IMG/VR virus record: IMGVR_UViG_3300047470_000212
Coordinates: 1-64,000 of that record
Strand: one strand, 5' to 3'
Source of the DNA: a virus
Length of the DNA stretch: 64,000 bases
Under the pieces are notes generated by a model. The model searched no databases, was not told the DNA's origin, and saw only the letters and a list, made by a program, of their open reading frames with translations. A program made the position numbers and the translations under genes. Below, one piece after another: positions 60,975 through 64,000 of the stretch; the stretch's first letter is position 1, and each line of letters opens with the position of its first letter.

Positions 60975-62446
60975 TAGCCGATCCCTCCGGTCATGGTGAT
61001 GTTGGAGATGTTTCCGACCTTCGGGATCTCCCAGGCGCGGAAGACAACGTCGGCTGTGCCGGTCTGCGCGGCGTCCGCGCGGGCGATCATGGGGATGTCG
61101 ACGTAGCGCACGCCGTCCACCGCGAGCAGGGCCTTGTAGAAGTCGCTGAGGGTCATCCGCATACCGAAGTCGACGTTGGCGAATCCGAGCATGTTCTTCA
61201 GGGCCTGCTGCACGTCGTAGAGGACCGAGGCCCTGGAGTAGCGGGGCCAGCACTCGACGGTGATGGGCTTGGTGGACGAGCCGACGTTCACGCTGACCAC
61301 GGATGGGCCTGCCACGGTGACTGTGGAGCCCGCCAGGGCCTTGGCCTGGAGGGTGGCCTGCACGTTGTTCAGGGTCGTTGTGTTGGGCTGTCCGCCGTCC
61401 GCTCCGATGACGTACACGGAGACGCTGGTGTAGGTCGAGGCGACGGCGTTGGCCCGGACGATGCCGGGAAGGGTCAGTGCCAGGTCGGAGAAGTCCCGGA
61501 GGGTGACGCAGCGGTCCTGACTGCGGAAGATTCGCGGCGCGTTGGCCCTGATCTGATCGTTGGTCTCGGGGTCTGCACCGCCGGACATGGCCGAGGAGAT
61601 CGCCGTGCCGCTGGAGTTCTGGGCGATGGTGACGCCGGGCAGGTTCGAGGAGGCGAGGGCGTTGACCACGCCCGCGTTGACGTTTCCGATCGTGCCGCCA
61701 CCGACGCGGTAGGTCGCGTAGATGGTCAACTGACTGTTGGGGATGGCGCCGTTGATGTTGTCGCCGAAGCGGATCCACGCTGCGCCGGAGTCGTCCAGGA
61801 ACGTCGTGAACACCTTGTCTTCGGGGTCGGCGTCCACCAGGTAGTTGATGTAGGTCCACTCGGTCGCGGCGTTGACGTCGTCCACGAAGACCTGCACGGT
61901 GCCGTTGATGACGGGCACGTCCGGCAGCCGGAACTCCTGCACGGGCAGGCCCGAGCTGGTGCCAACGTTGACCTGGCTGCGGGTGACTCCCTGGGTGACC
62001 GGGACTGTGGCCTTGCCACCGTTGACCGGCACCAGGATGTCGGAGTCGGTCTCGTAGGTGACCGGGCTGTCGATGGTGTCGATGTAGTCGGTGACGACCT
62101 GAGTGCCCGCAGGCACCAGGACAGCCGGTCCGGGGTTGGACGTCTGGAAGGTGACCGTGCCAGTGGCCGGGACACCGTTGCTCGGGGTGTAGCCGAGCAG
62201 GTCCGCAATCTGGAGCAGGGACAGGCGCTGGGTCGCGGTCGGCAGGAAGGCCTCCTGCTGGAGCCGGTCACCGTAGTAGGAGAGGCTGTCCCCGAGGTAG
62301 GAGAACAGCTCGACCATGAGCACGCCGAAGTCGCCCTCCGAGCCAGGTACCCACTGCGGGAAGGCTCGGGCGGCGTAGTCCAGCAGGGAGGCCTTGAAGC
62401 CCTCGTAATCCCGACTGGTGTAGTCGATAGCCGGTACGTCAGCCAC
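60974..62446 (-). CDS. baseplate J-like wedge protein
   Basis: IDYTSRDYE, SEGDFGVLMVELFSY, FGDNINGAIP, GGADPET, RCVTLRDF. Confidence 0.9.
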   Translation of the reverse strand: MADVPAIDYTSRDYEGFKASLLDYAARAFPQWVPGSEGDFGVLMVELFSYLGDSLSYYGDRLQQEAFLPTATQRLSLLQIADLLGYTPSNGVPATGTVTFQTSNPGPAVLVPAGTQVVTDYIDTIDSPVTYETDSDILVPVNGGKATVPVTQGVTRSQVNVGTSSGLPVQEFRLPDVPVINGTVQVFVDDVNAATEWTYINYLVDADPEDKVFTTFLDDSGAAWIRFGDNINGAIPNSQLTIYATYRVGGGTIGNVNAGVVNALASSNLPGVTIAQNSSGTAISSAMSGGADPETNDQIRANAPRIFRSQDRCVTLRDFSDLALTLPGIVRANAVASTYTSVSVYVIGADGGQPNTTTLNNVQATLQAKALAGSTVTVAGPSVVSVNVGSSTKPITVECWPRYSRASVLYDVQQALKNMLGFANVDFGMRMTLSDFYKALLAVDGVRYVDIPMIARADAAQTGTADVVFRAWEIPKVGNISNITMTGGIG

Positions 62447-62858
62447 TGATGACCTCGCTTACGGTGCCGCCCACACGCACCACAGCGGTGTTGGTCTGGA
62501 GCGACAGGCTGGATGGGGACGCCCCGGCCTCGCGGCGCATGTAGTCGACCTCGATACGGGCGAGCGACATCTGGGAGGCATCAGGGATAGGGGTGGCCCT
62601 CTGGAGGAGCACACCGGGCTCGTACCGGTCGAATGCAGAGGTCACGGCACGGCTGATTTCCTGCGCGACAAAGGTCGCGTCAGGGTCGAAAAGCAGATCG
62701 GCCACCGGGACTCCATAGTCCGGGAGCATGACCCGCTCCCCCGGCTGCGTGCCGACGAGCGCATTGACATGCTGGGCGATCTGCCTGTCGGGATTCGTCT
62801 CGACGGCGATTTTCCCGTCGGACGCAAGTCGAAATGGAACTGCAATCTCGGTAGGCAT
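62439..62858 (-). CDS. baseplate wedge protein, gp25/GPW family
   Basis: LVGTQPGERVMLPDYG...LLF...YEP. Confidence 0.9.
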   Translation of the reverse strand: MPTEIAVPFRLASDGKIAVETNPDRQIAQHVNALVGTQPGERVMLPDYGVPVADLLFDPDATFVAQEISRAVTSAFDRYEPGVLLQRATPIPDASQMSLARIEVDYMRREAGASPSSLSLQTNTAVVRVGGTVSEVISG

Positions 62859-62908
62859 GCTTGCATTCTCCCAGGAATGCCTACCGAGATTGCAGTTCCG
62901 TTCTCAGA

Positions 62909-63208
62909 TCAGAAGCCGGGGAACGCTACCTGCCCGTCGGCCAGCACCTGGTCGTTCTGTGCGGCGACGTCTACGTCTATCTGGTGCCTGGCGGCGTTGT
63001 AGTCCTGGGCGGCCTGGTTGTAGAGCGGCGAGGCAGCGTTCTGGTTCACGTTCTGCTCCCACGACAGCCAGTTGTCCCTGACGTAGGACTTGAACGCGTA
63101 CTCCAGGAGTTCCTGGTCGCCCAACTGAGAGTCGACGTAGATGCCGTGGAAGGACGCTGCTACTCGGGGCCAGAATTCGTCGGGAATAGAGATCGTGATG
63201 TCGGTCAT
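62909..63208 (-). CDS. hypothetical protein
   Basis: MTDITISIP after GAGG. Confidence 0.55.
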   Translation of the reverse strand: MTDITISIPDEFWPRVAASFHGIYVDSQLGDQELLEYAFKSYVRDNWLSWEQNVNQNAASPLYNQAAQDYNAARHQIDVDVAAQNDQVLADGQVAFPGF

Positions 63209-63224
63209 TAAAGGGACGTCCTCA

Positions 63225-64000
63225 CTACTTTGTGTACGTGATTTTGAGTTGCGGCGGGTGGCTGTCTCCGACACCGCTGAAGATGCCGTAGTAAGTCTTG
63301 TCGGTGCTGGAGCCGAGATCTCCACCGAGCGTGATTCCACGATACGGGGTAGCGGAGTTCCAACCTGAATTCCAGGACGACGGCAAAGTAACCCACTTGC
63401 CTGCACCAACCGGCCACGATGAAACGGTCAGGTTGTTGCTGGAGGCCATTCCGGACGCAACGCCAGTCTGGGTGTGCACACCGATATGCGCGGTACCGCC
63501 ACCGTTGTAATACCAGTGGCTGGCGTAGAGGTAGATCTCGACCTTGGAGACCTTCGCCGTGGAGCCCATGTCTGTGAACGGCTGGGTACCGAATCCGACC
63601 ATCGACTTCTGGGTGCCCCAGGTTCCGGAGTAGTAGCCCTGGTACATCGTGCCGTCGGTGTTACCTGCGTTACCGAATCGCCGGGACCACACCGCGTTGT
63701 AGGTCTTGGTGTACGTCTTCGTCGCGGTGACCGCAGCGCCGCCCGTGTTGTAGACGCCGCCCTCGGGTACGGCCGGGCCGATGTCCTCGACGTAGAAGTC
63801 CGAGGACTGCGCGGGGCTGTAGTTGCGCAGACCCCAGCCGGTGGCATTGCCCGAGTGGATGGCCCCTACCCACAGGATCCGGTGATCGCCTGGAGCCAGG
63901 GCCGTGTTCGACGCGTAGAGACCGCCTGCGTCGGACGAGCACACGATGATGCCCTCGACCACGCACGTGCCATCCGAGCCCGCGCCGTCGTAGAACATGC
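63225..64000 (-). CDS. minor tail/structural protein, C-terminal part (5' end outside the window)
   Basis: Gly/Ser/Thr/Tyr-rich; ends PQLKITYTK, a common ending for actinophage tail proteins. Confidence 0.6.
   Translation of the reverse strand, partial: MFYDGAGSDGTCVVEGIIVCSSDAGGLYASNTALAPGDHRILWVGAIHSGNATGWGLRNYSPAQSSDFYVEDIGPAVPEGGVYNTGGAAVTATKTYTKTYNAVWSRRFGNAGNTDGTMYQGYYSGTWGTQKSMVGFGTQPFTDMGSTAKVSKVEIYLYASHWYYNGGGTAHIGVHTQTGVASGMASSNNLTVSSWPVGAGKWVTLPSSWNSGWNSATPYRGITLGGDLGSSTDKTYYGIFSGVGDSHPPQLKITYTK

Noticed and set aside
149-62449. Many long plus-strand ORFs (e.g. 13788..15938, 40467..42083, 43403..45388, 58521..60164)
   Set aside because: They are antisense shadows of minus-strand genes, a result of high third-position GC. 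They have no RBS or family motifs and V/L/G/R-biased composition.

Overview
High-GC segment of a large lytic actinobacteriophage, probably infecting Streptomyces, with a contractile tail (gp25-like and baseplate-J genes). Essentially all genes are on the minus strand, so the long plus-strand ORFs are antisense shadows. In transcription order (right to left) the window holds: tail/baseplate genes and a holin (56.3-64 kb); a replication/recombination/nucleotide module (33.7-56.2 kb: initiator, DnaC-like loader, DnaB, primase, SNF2 helicase, SSB, PolA, class II RNR, RecA, resolvase, WhiB, Cas4-like nuclease, ThyX, dNMP kinase, EndoVII, SpoVS); an endolysin and possible nucleic-acid modification block (23-33.7 kb); an early region of small genes behind about 11 TTGACA-N17-TANNNT promoters (6-23 kb), with a non-coding AT-rich island at 9.4-10.2 kb; and an RNA ligase/nucleotidyltransferase block (1-6 kb). 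The main unexplained signal is the coding-strand motif (R)CTTCATA(CC), found 33 times by eye. It is always on the coding strand and always read in frame as the rare-codon pair CTT-CAT (Leu-His-Thr). Where no gene is present it sits in tiny ORFs overlapping the starts of recA, the initiator and an HNH gene. It is almost absent from the early-promoter region and from the tail genes. This suggests an undescribed frame-dependent (translation-level) control system for a gene class. All annotations come from motif recognition by eye; no searches were run.
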